The notes under the pieces: generated by a model
Told to the model about the DNA's origin: nothing
The model's database searches: none
Seen by the model: only the letters and a program-made list of their open reading frames with translations
Assembly (NCBI GenBank): GCA_964474435.1
Contig: CAYYSI010000002.1
Location: 92,260 to 156,259 of the forward strand
Source of the DNA: an uncultured Candidatus Saccharibacteria bacterium
GTDB lineage: Bacteria; Patescibacteriota; Minisyncoccia; Phycocordibacterales; UBA9973
Reading direction: 5' to 3'
Length of the DNA stretch: 64,000 nt
Shown here: piece after piece, positions 9,056-19,089 of the stretch
Numbering within the stretch: position 1 is the first letter of the stretch
Layout: each line of letters begins with the position of its first letter
Program-made: the position numbers and the translations under genes

Positions 9056-10147
9056 TTAACGATTGGTTGGCATCAAGAGATAGAGGAAACTTGTGTCATT
9101 TACACTACGCACGACGATCGGTTTATTGGGAGTAGTAAATGAGAGTGAGACACTATCACCTGGAAGCGCTTGAAACACATCGAGGAAATACTTAAGATTA
9201 CAAACAACTTCGATCGGATCACCCTGGACAACTGAGTCAATAATAGAAAGTGATGAGCCGACGTCACTATTTTTAGAACTAATGCTGATCTGTTTTGATT
9301 CGGGATTGATCATAAATATGACTTGGAAAAATTTATCCGCGAATATAGTGGAGAGTTTGAGAGTGTTGAGGAGGTCTTGCTTCATCACGACGACCTTTGT
9401 ATTTTCTTCTTTTGGGATAATAAGCTGATATGGGGGAAATCCTCCATCAATGAGCCTAGATGTGAAATAGACACCATTTCCGCTCACTGAGAGCTGATTG
9501 CGAGTATATGAGATACGAGCAGTGTCTCCACAGACTTCGAGTGCACGAAGGAGATCGGCAATATTTTTATATGGAATTAAAATCTTGGAAATATCAGGGA
9601 AGTTTTTAATGACAACCTTTTTCTCTGCGAGGCGGAATGAGTCAGTTGCAACGAGATAGAGTGTGCCTCCTTCGGCATAAATATAAATACTTGAGATTTC
9701 GGGTTTGATCTCACTCACTGCTGCTGCAAAGTACACTGACTTGATCGCGTCTTGGAGGACTGTTGTCTTTATTTCTACAACATCTCCTTCAACTACTGGA
9801 AGCGCTGGGAAATCTTCTGGAAGAAGGGACTTGATGACCGTGGTCGTCTTTTGGGAAGTGATGGTGAGATTATCGTTTTCGAGTGTGAGTGTTACATCGC
9901 CCGTGAGGTTACTGCAGACATTGGCGAGGATATCCCCTTTGATCACGACAACACCATCTGTTTCGACTGCTGCTGCGATCTCTACTTCAATACCGACAGT
10001 GAGGTTAGTTGATCGGATCTTGATAGATTTACCTGTGGCCTGCAAAAGAATGGAATGAAGAATAGGAAGCGTGAGATGTTTACCCGTCATGCGATCAGCG
10101 AGTGTTACGGCATTTTTGAGTTTTTCTACTGAACAAGTAACTTTCAT
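9056..10147 (-). CDS. dnaN: DNA polymerase III beta sliding clamp
   Basis: LPILHSILL, VATDSFRLAEK, SRLIDG.FP.Y, YLLMP; downstream of dnaA. Confidence 0.96.
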   Translation of the reverse strand: MKVTCSVEKLKNAVTLADRMTGKHLTLPILHSILLQATGKSIKIRSTNLTVGIEVEIAAAVETDGVVVIKGDILANVCSNLTGDVTLTLENDNLTITSQKTTTVIKSLLPEDFPALPVVEGDVVEIKTTVLQDAIKSVYFAAAVSEIKPEISSIYIYAEGGTLYLVATDSFRLAEKKVVIKNFPDISKILIPYKNIADLLRALEVCGDTARISYTRNQLSVSGNGVYFTSRLIDGGFPPYQLIIPKEENTKVVVMKQDLLNTLKLSTIFADKFFQVIFMINPESKQISISSKNSDVGSSLSIIDSVVQGDPIEVVCNLKYFLDVFQALPGDSVSLSFTTPNKPIVVRSVNDTSFLYLLMPTNR

Positions 10148-10339
10148 AATAATTCAACTAAGCTTCTAATATAGAGTGTGGATTGTGGATATCTCTTCAA
10201 ATACCGTTATATTTCAATAGTATTTTCAGAGACATGACTGTGAGTAAGTATTGAGTATCTTTGATAACTATTTTCAGAGACACTTACTATACACAGTTCT
10301 TCCAATACATTCTCACTTCATTTCCTCGACATATCCACA
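10148..10339. promoter_or_regulatory. Putative oriC (dnaA-dnaN intergenic)
   Basis: DnaA-box-like TGTGGATTG/TGTGGATAT tandem at 10177-10192, TGTGAGTAA 10239, CTATACACA 10287, ATATCCACA 10331; AT-rich. Confidence 0.75.
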
Positions 10340-11683
10340 TCATTTAAACATGATACGGATATCTTCGAGTTCTTTCATGAGATGTGGGTCGCGATCAAGT
10401 TCATTTTTAATTTTTTCATAGGAGTGAATGACAGTGGTGTGATCTTTTCCACCAAGTTTTGCACCGATTGATGGATAGGACTCATTGAAGTCTTCTCGAA
10501 GGATAAACATGATCACTTGGCGAGCTTTCACAATCTCTTTACGGCGTGTCTTTTCATAGATCACTCGCTCATCAAGGTTGTAATACTCAGAGATCGACTT
10601 CACAACTGTGTCGACCGATACAACTCGTCGTGGTTTAACGCTATTTTTAATCAATACCTTCACCTCAGTCAAGCTTATCGGCTTTTGTTTGACCTCAGTG
10701 TGCACTGAAATGACATTGAGTACACCTTCAAGCTCTCGAATACTACTTGTCACAACTGAGGCAATATAGAGGAGGACGTCTTCGTCGAGTGGGTGCGGGA
10801 GTTGGGCACTCTTTTCGCGCACAATCGCAAGTCTACTCTCGAGATCAGGCTCTTGGATGTCGATAGTCATACCGGCATTGAAGCGAGTCTTGAGACGGTC
10901 TTCGAGGCCAATAATATGGTTTGGGTGTTTATCAGAAGAGAAAATAATATTTTTCCCCTGCTCATAGAGCGCATTGAAGAGATGGAAGAGTTCTGTCTGG
11001 GTCCCCTCCTTTCCTGAGACAAATTGAATATCATCAATAATAAGAACATCAACCTTGCGGTATTTTTCACGGAAGGTATTGGTACGATTAGTTTGAACAG
11101 AACTCGTATAATCATTCATAAATTTCTCCGCAGTAGTATAGAGGACGCGCTTATCAGGAAAGAGTCGCTTCATCTCGTTCCCTACTGCTTGAGTGAGGTG
11201 GGTTTTACCAAGACCGCTCGCACTATAGAAAAAGAGTGGGTTATACGCGTGTTGTGGGTTTTTCACGACTGCTTGGGCTGCGGCATACGCAAGTTCATTA
11301 AATGGTCCAACAACAAAGCGATCAAAGGTGTATCGAGGGTTAAGGTTGTCGTCGCGGTTAATATAGACTTGTTGGAGTGGAAGCTCAGGCTTTTCTTCAA
11401 TACTTTTTGGTTGTACTGGTTGTGGAGCAGAGATTTGGCCGATAATGAACTCAATCCCTCGGATATGGTCCAAGTGGTCTACAATCGTCTTTAAGATGAG
11501 TTTGTGGTACTTGGTGATCATCCACTCACGGACGAATTCATTGGGGACAGTGATGTAAATGATCCCCTCTTCCTCTTTATTGATTGCAGTATTTTTAAAC
11601 CAAGTAGTGAAGTTTGCCTTGGTGACCTGAGGTTCGATTTCTTGTAGGCAAGTCTCCCAGAGTTGTAATACTGATGTATCCAT
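10340..11683 (-). CDS. dnaA: Chromosomal replication initiator DnaA
   Basis: LNPRYTFDRFVVG, GLGKTHL, IDDIQF, IRELEG, GKDHTTVIHS. Confidence 0.98.
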   Translation of the reverse strand: MDTSVLQLWETCLQEIEPQVTKANFTTWFKNTAINKEEEGIIYITVPNEFVREWMITKYHKLILKTIVDHLDHIRGIEFIIGQISAPQPVQPKSIEEKPELPLQQVYINRDDNLNPRYTFDRFVVGPFNELAYAAAQAVVKNPQHAYNPLFFYSASGLGKTHLTQAVGNEMKRLFPDKRVLYTTAEKFMNDYTSSVQTNRTNTFREKYRKVDVLIIDDIQFVSGKEGTQTELFHLFNALYEQGKNIIFSSDKHPNHIIGLEDRLKTRFNAGMTIDIQEPDLESRLAIVREKSAQLPHPLDEDVLLYIASVVTSSIRELEGVLNVISVHTEVKQKPISLTEVKVLIKNSVKPRRVVSVDTVVKSISEYYNLDERVIYEKTRRKEIVKARQVIMFILREDFNESYPSIGAKLGGKDHTTVIHSYEKIKNELDRDPHLMKELEDIRIMFK

Positions 11684-11827
11684 AATTTCGTATCCCTATC
11701 ATACCGCACATCAACACTATTGTTGAAAGTGGGGAAAACATGTGAATAGTGTTGATTATAGCAGAATTACCACAGGACTAGAGAGACTTGATTACTTCCC
11801 TACTATTGTGTATAGTGTTGCTACTTT

Positions 11828-11962
11828 ATGTCACAAACCTACCAGCCAAATAAGCGAAAACGAGCAACAACACACGGATTTTTGGTCCGCTCTGCCTCTG
11901 TAGGTGGCCGCAAAGTCCTCAAAGCACGTCGCCAAAAAGGCCGCGCCAAGCTCGCTGTCTAA
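11828..11962 (+). CDS. rpmH: 50S ribosomal protein L34, not in the ORF track
   Basis: [44 protein letters not shown]; divergent from dnaA. Confidence 0.97.
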   Translation: MSQTYQPNKRKRATTHGFLVRSASVGGRKVLKARRQKGRAKLAV

Positions 11963-11972
11963 CCCCTCTCCT

Positions 11973-12296
11973 ATGCTTCCTAAAACAGAACGGCTCTCTC
12001 GTGCTCAGTTCTCAGAAATCCTTACAAATAAAGGCTTTTTGACCATTTATAACCGTCTTGGGACGCTCAAATATGTGCCTTCTAGTACTAAACAAGCACT
12101 TTCTGTAGTCACCAGTAGTAAGCATGAGAAAAAGGCCGTAATCCGCAATAAGCTCCGCCGCCGCCTGTATTCCCTATTTGGGAAGGAAAAACGCGCTATA
12201 ACGGGCATTTTCTATACTGCAAAGGGGTCATATGCGTTCAGTTATCCTGAAATACAAACACTTTTTAATGAATTACTCAAAAAGACTACTAAATAA
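11973..12296 (+). CDS. rnpA: Ribonuclease P protein component
   Basis: MLPKTERL, KKAVIRNKLRRRL (RNR motif); synteny rpmH-rnpA-yidD-yidC. Confidence 0.9.
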   Translation: MLPKTERLSRAQFSEILTNKGFLTIYNRLGTLKYVPSSTKQALSVVTSSKHEKKAVIRNKLRRRLYSLFGKEKRAITGIFYTAKGSYAFSYPEIQTLFNELLKKTTK

Positions 12297-12525
12297 GGCC
12301 GCAATCGGTCTGATCCATGTCTACCGAGCTATTTTGTCGCCCTCAGTGGGAATCCTACGCATCTCACCTTTCTATCCTCGCCCAAGCTGCATCTTTTATC
12401 CGACATGCTCGGAGTACGGGATTGAATGCTTCAAAAAGTACCCATTCCTGACTGCGGTACGAAAAACAGCGAACCGTGTCGGGCGCTGTCACCCGGGGAA
12501 CGAACCGAAGGTGGACCTACCCTAA
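12268..12525 (+). CDS. yidD: Membrane protein insertion efficiency factor YidD
   Basis: CIFYPTCSEY...RCHP. Confidence 0.92.
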   Translation: MNYSKRLLNKAAIGLIHVYRAILSPSVGILRISPFYPRPSCIFYPTCSEYGIECFKKYPFLTAVRKTANRVGRCHPGNEPKVDLP

Positions 12526-12563
12526 TCCATTGCCATTTCGAGGTCTACGGGTACAATAGACGG

Positions 12564-13274
12564 ATGCATACCCTTTGGAATACCTTTATCTACAACCCGA
12601 TTTACAACGCACTCATATTCATCGCCCAGCACGTCACACTCCAAGACGTCGGGCTTGCGGTGATCCTCGTCACCATCCTTATCCGTTTCATCCTCCTCCC
12701 TCTTTCCAAGAAAAGTATTGTTGGGCAGTACAAAATGCGCGCACTTGAACCAAAGATTAATGCAATCAAGGCACAGGGTCTCTCAAAAGAAGAAGAATCA
12801 AAGGCAACCTTTGCACTCTACAAGACTGAAAAGGTCAATCCATTTTCTGGATGTCTCTATCTCCTCATCCAGCTCCCCATCCTTTTTGCGCTCTATTTTG
12901 TTTTCCGAAATGGTGTTGATCAGCCGACACATCTCTACTTGTTTTTGAGTACAGAAGGACTCAAGAATACACTTCTCGGGCTCGTCGATATCACCAAACC
13001 ATTCATCCCCTTTGCAATCCTTGCGGGTCTCACCCAAGGTATCCAAGCGTTCCTCACACCAAAGCCGCCTGTCAGTACTGATAATGGGTTCCAAGGTCAA
13101 TTTGCAAAGAGTATGGCAGTCCAGACCAAATACATCTTGCCACTCATTATTATATTTATTGCAACCAAGCTTGCTGCAGCAGTTGCACTCTATTGGTCTA
13201 TCACCAACATCTTTTCCATCGTTCAAGAGTTGTATTTCCGCAAGCAAATTGCTCGCAAAGCTACTATCAGTTAA
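12564..13274 (+). CDS. yidC: Membrane protein insertase YidC/Oxa1 (short form)
   Basis: IRFILLPL, VNPFSGCL.LLIQLPI, LYWSITNIFSIVQ. Confidence 0.93.
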   Translation: MHTLWNTFIYNPIYNALIFIAQHVTLQDVGLAVILVTILIRFILLPLSKKSIVGQYKMRALEPKINAIKAQGLSKEEESKATFALYKTEKVNPFSGCLYLLIQLPILFALYFVFRNGVDQPTHLYLFLSTEGLKNTLLGLVDITKPFIPFAILAGLTQGIQAFLTPKPPVSTDNGFQGQFAKSMAVQTKYILPLIIIFIATKLAAAVALYWSITNIFSIVQELYFRKQIARKATIS

Positions 13275-14530
13275 TAGCTATATTGCCAAAGGATACCTGT
13301 TTGTTTGTCGATGAAATACGCGACTCCAAGTGTTTCATCTACAGATAGGTTCGTCATGTCATATGAAGTGCCACTATTGTCGTACAGTGTGTCGTAGAGC
13401 GCAGCACTCGTGTAGATGCGATAGAGTTGGTCTGAGAATGTCACTGTGCCTTGGTACCACGCATCAGGATATGCTGCCTCTGGGACACTTGTGTTCCCTG
13501 CACAGATGAGGTCTTCGCTTTTGAGCCATGTGCATTTCTCGGGCAGTATTGTGAGACTGAGATTGCGAGTCGTATTCGTTTTAGTATTCAAAAGTTTGGT
13601 GACAAAGCTGTTGCCAGAGTTTTGTGAATAGATGATGTAGGTACCACTTGGACTGACTGACGCAGTGAGGCCGTTGATGTTGCCGAGCACACGACGAAGT
13701 TTCTTCTCAGTGGTATCAACTCGATACAGGAATCCTGGCACTTGTGCACTTGCCTTGGTTTGCAAGTATATACTTTTTGCTGTTGGCCACGAGAGTATCC
13801 ATTCGCGAAACGGGGTGCGGAGAATATCAATCTTTTTAGTATTGACTGTGTTTGTCACTGATAGGAGTGCACCATTTGTCTCATTGGTGATACGTGCGAC
13901 CTGTGCGCCATCAGGAGATGGAGCAAGGGCCGAGATGTTGTCCGAGAAGTACAATCCTTCTTTTTGAGTACGGGTGTTATCTGGGTTTGGCGGAGGAACT
14001 GGGACACTATAGGTCGCAATCGTGCGCTGGTCTGCGCGCAAGAATCGAAGGAGTGCTGTTGCAAACTTGTCTCCAAATGAGGCTTCGTAAATGTTTGGAA
14101 TATACACGTTTGAAATCTGGAGCGGCATAGAGCTATCCTCGATCTCGTACACGTAGCCGTTGCTGCGTGCAACATAGCGCAGGAGGTGTTTCGTCGTGAT
14201 CTGTGTCGTTGGTTTAGATTTGGGAATGCTCGGATCGGCAGGAATAGTGGTTGTGACCGTTGCAGTGTATGCACTAAAACCTGCGACTGCATCAGGACTC
14301 AGCTGTTTGAATGGAGATGCGATAGGGGTGGTATTTTCGGCAACAGTCTCAGCTCCTGTTGGGAGAGTGCCGGGAATGTTGGGGGTTGTATTTGCGCCTA
14401 TTGGGAAAAAGGCACCAAAGTCAGTAACTGCTGGTATACCATCCTCTGTCTGATGACGCTTGGCATAGATGTACCACCCAACACTCGCAACAACGAGGAG
14501 TCCGAGAATAATAAAAAAGATTTTCCGCAT
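13271..14530 (-). CDS. Membrane-anchored hypothetical protein, beta-propeller-like ectodomain
   Basis: N-terminal TM; SPDG/SPSG blade-like motifs; last gene of the T4SS-like cluster. Confidence 0.75.
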   Translation of the reverse strand: MRKIFFIILGLLVVASVGWYIYAKRHQTEDGIPAVTDFGAFFPIGANTTPNIPGTLPTGAETVAENTTPIASPFKQLSPDAVAGFSAYTATVTTTIPADPSIPKSKPTTQITTKHLLRYVARSNGYVYEIEDSSMPLQISNVYIPNIYEASFGDKFATALLRFLRADQRTIATYSVPVPPPNPDNTRTQKEGLYFSDNISALAPSPDGAQVARITNETNGALLSVTNTVNTKKIDILRTPFREWILSWPTAKSIYLQTKASAQVPGFLYRVDTTEKKLRRVLGNINGLTASVSPSGTYIIYSQNSGNSFVTKLLNTKTNTTRNLSLTILPEKCTWLKSEDLICAGNTSVPEAAYPDAWYQGTVTFSDQLYRIYTSAALYDTLYDNSGTSYDMTNLSVDETLGVAYFIDKQTGILWQYSY

Positions 14531-14550
14531 GAGAGTATTGTACTACAATA

Positions 14551-16269
14551 TTAGTTTCCAATAACCACTTGTGTTCCGGTTTTTATATATGGAAGCAGTG
14601 CTTCTATATCAGCGTTTTTCATTCGAATACACCCATTTGTTCCACTAAGGGTTCCGTTTTTATTACCGTGCATACCAATCCCTCTCTCACCATTTTGCAT
14701 AGGACTTAGGTGAAAGAAAGCAGCTCCCATGTTTGAACCTTGGGCATTAAATACTGGTTGCCCAGGTTTTTTTGGTGTTCTTATGTCTATAATTTTCCAA
14801 GTACCGATTGGTGTTTTTTTATCTCCTGTTTGTGCTTGTCCAGGGTTTGCAAAGCCATTGATTCCATGTCCAACATCAATAATATTATTTGTATCTACCG
14901 CCGAGCCTTTTTTAAGTCCAATAACCATCCTGTTATTTGTATATATTTTGAAATATGAAATTTCCCACCCTTCATTTTTAATTTTATTAACAACATTTGT
15001 TACCGCAGGAGAAATAGATGCATCTTTTGAATAAGTAACTTTTCCTGATTTGAAATCAGCTTCTTTGGAATCGTCACCAGCATCAGGATAATCAACAATT
15101 TCTACCCCAACCTCCACACTCGCAACATTGATACTATTCGAAACCAATTTTGGATTAATAGTATTGAGTATGAGGTATGCAGAGAGTGCTAAAAGCAATC
15201 CCATAAGTGCAGTAAAGAAACCACTTTTGGCACTTGCCTTGAGGAATGGCACATCAGTGACGAGGTATTGATAGCCTTCGTACATAAGTCGGAGTACAAG
15301 TACAACTGCCGTGAGGCCAATCAATGTTTTGAACGCAAAATTGAGGAAACCATTGATGTCACAGATTGCGTCTTGGGGAACTTTTTTATCAAGCTTTTGT
15401 TGTGCACAAAGATCAGGATCCATAAGCACTGATAGTCCTGGCCATGGCGCAAGCAGGTGGTAGCTTTTTGCATCGAACTCAGTCTGCTCTTTGACACTTC
15501 CCGCAGGGGTGTATCCAGTAGAACTATTGAACCTATCATCCTTTGTTGCGAGGACAGTGTTCCCTGTTTTGATGGTCTGGCGCATATAGTAGAGCGTATT
15601 TGGAGTAAGTCCGCCAAGATTCCAGTAGTATGAACCATCATCGTTTACACCTTCTGTCGACCCATTTGTTGTTGTGTGTGCGATAGCGAGTGCTGCCCCA
15701 GTGAAACCTCCTGATTGTGATGTGTAGAGTAGTTCAACTTTTAGGCCATTAATATAAGGATATTTTGTTATATCGATTTTTCCAGAAATAACCGCTTTCT
15801 GTCCATCACTACTTGGAGTTACTTCTTTTGGCCATGTATAAAAATTTGCTGTCCCCCCGGTTCCTGTGATCGCAACAGCAGTATCAGATGCATTTACTGG
15901 AGCCCCAATATTTGTAGATATTGTTCCGATAGTCGGAGCCTGTGGCAGCTTCATCGCATGCAAATAGTATGTGTAGTTATTTTTGTATGCACCGCCACTT
16001 ATCTGCCACACTACTTTGCCACCAACTGCTTTCTTGCGCATGTCAGTTGCGAATGTTGGAGAAGCGCTGTTAGGTGCAGGAACAGGTGCTGCATTGTCGT
16101 AGAGCTCAAACTCACTGACAGTGTCGGTCACACCCGTCATTGTCACAGTGATCTCTGTCGCAGACACGACTGCAGTGAGAGGATAGAGCGAAGCAACCAC
16201 AGATTTTGTTGGGATCAAAAAAAGAATGAGCGCGATGGGAATGAAGAGTGATTTAAAAAATGAATTCAT
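14551..16269 (-). CDS. Secreted domain + T4SS-pilin (VirB2-like) hairpin + C-terminal L,D-transpeptidase (YkuD) fusion
   Basis: Signal peptide; GYQYL..AK....ALMGLLLALSAYLILNTINPKLV pilin pattern; KTPIGTWKI, IGMHG, TNGCIRM, GTQVVI. Confidence 0.82.
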   Translation of the reverse strand: MNSFFKSLFIPIALILFLIPTKSVVASLYPLTAVVSATEITVTMTGVTDTVSEFELYDNAAPVPAPNSASPTFATDMRKKAVGGKVVWQISGGAYKNNYTYYLHAMKLPQAPTIGTISTNIGAPVNASDTAVAITGTGGTANFYTWPKEVTPSSDGQKAVISGKIDITKYPYINGLKVELLYTSQSGGFTGAALAIAHTTTNGSTEGVNDDGSYYWNLGGLTPNTLYYMRQTIKTGNTVLATKDDRFNSSTGYTPAGSVKEQTEFDAKSYHLLAPWPGLSVLMDPDLCAQQKLDKKVPQDAICDINGFLNFAFKTLIGLTAVVLVLRLMYEGYQYLVTDVPFLKASAKSGFFTALMGLLLALSAYLILNTINPKLVSNSINVASVEVGVEIVDYPDAGDDSKEADFKSGKVTYSKDASISPAVTNVVNKIKNEGWEISYFKIYTNNRMVIGLKKGSAVDTNNIIDVGHGINGFANPGQAQTGDKKTPIGTWKIIDIRTPKKPGQPVFNAQGSNMGAAFFHLSPMQNGERGIGMHGNKNGTLSGTNGCIRMKNADIEALLPYIKTGTQVVIGN

Positions 16270-16270
16270 A

Positions 16271-17218
16271 TTAGTTAAATAGAAGCGTAAACTGTTTCTC
16301 AATATGCTGCAAGCTGTACGCGACAGTCGTGATCGCAAGATTGATGGTGCTTTGTACGGCAGTATTTGGACGAGAGAGACCTATTTCGTTTGCACGACTT
16401 GGGGTTACGGTTTGTCCATCGATGGTCATTGCAAATGAGAGATTGTTGAGAATGCCCTGTGGTGCGCTAAAGTAGTATGGTTCGAAATGAAGCACAATAC
16501 CCGTTTGCGTAAATGGGATAGTTTTGTTGTAGCCATGGGCATAGTCAACAAAACCTTCCCTGTTTTGATACGCAACAAGCGATGGAGACTGGAGTGCGGT
16601 CACTCGAGTAAGTCCTGTACCTGCAAAGACGCCGCCAGAGAGCGACACCTCAGTAGTTTCTTGGGGAGTGAATTCGTTTTGTGTAACAAGAAGGCTTGAT
16701 TTGTTGTATCCAGATTGTTCGGGTACGGCAGAGCCGTTGCGTGACCAGGTATAGGTGACTCCGCTTGGAGCACTTGCCGAAGGAATCGCCGTAAATCGCA
16801 GGAGTCCATTGACGGGCAAGAGCGCCTTCCCTTTATAAAATGGCGGCGTATACGCATCTGCTGCTTCCCAGAGTACGTCCACACTTGCTGGGCGAAGTAC
16901 GACACTCGTGCTCGCATTTTCGATACCTGAACCACTTGCATTCATAGAGACCACACCTGTTGCACCACTTGCAGGAGCAATGACACTAACCGTCGTTCTC
17001 CCTACACCTCGTGCAATGACGACGTTGTTGTACGTCCATGTGATAGAGGCTTGGCTGAGGTCTGCACTATAGCTTGATGCAGTGAGTGTTACAGTACTCC
17101 CTGGTTCGGGGTTGTTGGGTATGACATCAATAGAGATATCTGTACTAATTTGTGCTCGTGCGACATGAGGAATGAGCAGTGCTCCAACAATGAGCATGAT
17201 CGACCATATATATTTCAT
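16271..17218 (-). CDS. Secreted protein with Ig-like beta-sandwich domains
   Basis: Signal peptide ending VARA-Q; PNNPEPGSTVTLT, WEAADAYTPPFYKGKAL. Confidence 0.75.
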   Translation of the reverse strand: MKYIWSIMLIVGALLIPHVARAQISTDISIDVIPNNPEPGSTVTLTASSYSADLSQASITWTYNNVVIARGVGRTTVSVIAPASGATGVVSMNASGSGIENASTSVVLRPASVDVLWEAADAYTPPFYKGKALLPVNGLLRFTAIPSASAPSGVTYTWSRNGSAVPEQSGYNKSSLLVTQNEFTPQETTEVSLSGGVFAGTGLTRVTALQSPSLVAYQNREGFVDYAHGYNKTIPFTQTGIVLHFEPYYFSAPQGILNNLSFAMTIDGQTVTPSRANEIGLSRPNTAVQSTINLAITTVAYSLQHIEKQFTLLFN

Positions 17219-17260
17219 GCATCTAGTATATCATCGAGTACCGTATCCGAATATGTATCG

Positions 17261-19069
17261 CTATCGGTTCTGTTCGCTAAATTCTTTCTTTGCGGCACGT
17301 ATGGAGATGACTTGGGATGGGTCAGATGTGATGATCTGGTCTTCGGTATATGATGCAATGATTTTGATCGCGACATGTTTGAGTCCGGCAAAGAAGATGC
17401 CCTCTCCGACACCACTCTCGAGCAAGAGAAACTTCTCTTCATCAGTGAGGTTGAATGTTTTCTGGAGTACATCCATAGTTGAGGGAGATTGTTTGAGCAA
17501 AAGTTGGATCGATGAGTTGGTGACGATTGGTACGCCATACGGGCTCTTCATGAAGTCCCCCACGTCTTGGGTGATAGTACAAAGTCCGAGATAGTATTTA
17601 CGGCCTCGCTTTGCGATTGAGTACAGGAACGATGCAGTGTCGTCTGACTTCATCATCCACCACGCCTCATCCACCACAAGTAGACGCTTCTTGAGTTCTT
17701 TGCGCACTGCATTCCAAATGAAGTGCGTGACGATGTACATCGCCGCTGGCTTGAGATCGTCTTCCATGTCGCGCACAGAGAACACGACGAACTTTTTGTT
17801 GATGTCGACGTTTGTTGGTTGGTTGATAAATGTTGCCCATGAGCCGTGTGTGTATTTGGTGAGACGCTGAAGTATGGACTCAGTCCCCTCCATACCAGAG
17901 AGCACCATTTCAAAGTCAGAAAGGAGTGGCGGTTCGATTGTTGCGAAGTCGCTTTCGGGTGTGATGTCTTTCAATGAATACGTTTCGGTAATCGCACGGT
18001 CGATGATCGAGTCTTCTTCAGGACTTAGTCCCCCAAGCATGATACGAAAGAGTCCGACAAGGTTGATGATGTTGGAGCGAAGTACATCTGCTGGGGACTC
18101 GTCCACACGAGGTATTGGCAGGTCAAATGGATTGATGTGGTTGTCAGACGAAAGTGAGATATTGAAATATCGTCCCCCGATTGCTTCTGCGAGGTATTCG
18201 TATTCGCGCTCTGGGTCAATGACGATCACGTCGGTATCAAACATCAGCGTTCGGATAATTTCAAGTTTAGTCGCATAACTTTTTCCGGCACCAGACTTCG
18301 CAAAGATGATGGAGTTGTAGTTCTCAAGTGAAAAGCGATCAAAGATCACAAGGGATGAGTTGTGACGGTTCACACCATAGAGAATGCCAGTGTCCCCTGT
18401 CAGGTCAAATGATACGAAGGGAAACATACTCGATATTGGTTCAGAGTTGAGCTTCTGAGTGATACCAAGCTTGTCAGTCCCAAGTGGTACGACGGTTTTG
18501 AACCCATCTTCTTCTTGAAAGAGCGCCGGTTTGATGTAGATCATCTTGGATTCGAGCATGCTCTTGATCTCGCTCTCGGTGCGGAAGAGATCATTTTCAT
18601 TGTCGGCATAGATCGAAATATAAAAGCCGATGTTAAACATCTTTTCTTGGGCTTGAGTGAGATTGTCACGGAGTTCTTCGAGGTCTTGGTACGCAGTATC
18701 GAGCATTGGGTCGCGCACAAGTCCCTTTTGCTGGCGGACGATGATCTGACTTTCTACCTCTGCAATTTTCTTTTGGAAATGTTTGAGGAGCTCAGAGGTC
18801 TCGATCGGGTTGACGTAGATTGCCACATCAAAGATCTTGTCGAGGTTGATGATTGGCGTGAACCAGTTGTCGGTGAGGTATCGTGGGTATGCGATCACAA
18901 AGAATGTGCGCACGGTCTTGTCACCAATGCGCATGGACTTGGGCGTGATCTCGATTGCAGACGGCGCGATCTTGTCTGCGAGCTCCATGGTCGCCCATTC
19001 ATACACTTCTTCGGGAAGAATAGGGAGTTTTTTATTTACTTTTTTGTCGTTCGATCCAAAGAGTGCCAT
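17261..19069 (-). CDS. VirB4/TraC-like T4SS ATPase
   Basis: Walker A AKSGAGKS, IDPEREY, INPFDL, Walker B VVDEAW, KRGRKY, TQD. Confidence 0.92.
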   Translation of the reverse strand: MALFGSNDKKVNKKLPILPEEVYEWATMELADKIAPSAIEITPKSMRIGDKTVRTFFVIAYPRYLTDNWFTPIINLDKIFDVAIYVNPIETSELLKHFQKKIAEVESQIIVRQQKGLVRDPMLDTAYQDLEELRDNLTQAQEKMFNIGFYISIYADNENDLFRTESEIKSMLESKMIYIKPALFQEEDGFKTVVPLGTDKLGITQKLNSEPISSMFPFVSFDLTGDTGILYGVNRHNSSLVIFDRFSLENYNSIIFAKSGAGKSYATKLEIIRTLMFDTDVIVIDPEREYEYLAEAIGGRYFNISLSSDNHINPFDLPIPRVDESPADVLRSNIINLVGLFRIMLGGLSPEEDSIIDRAITETYSLKDITPESDFATIEPPLLSDFEMVLSGMEGTESILQRLTKYTHGSWATFINQPTNVDINKKFVVFSVRDMEDDLKPAAMYIVTHFIWNAVRKELKKRLLVVDEAWWMMKSDDTASFLYSIAKRGRKYYLGLCTITQDVGDFMKSPYGVPIVTNSSIQLLLKQSPSTMDVLQKTFNLTDEEKFLLLESGVGEGIFFAGLKHVAIKIIASYTEDQIITSDPSQVISIRAAKKEFSEQNR

Positions 19070-19089
19070 TACTCCTCAAGTATACAATA

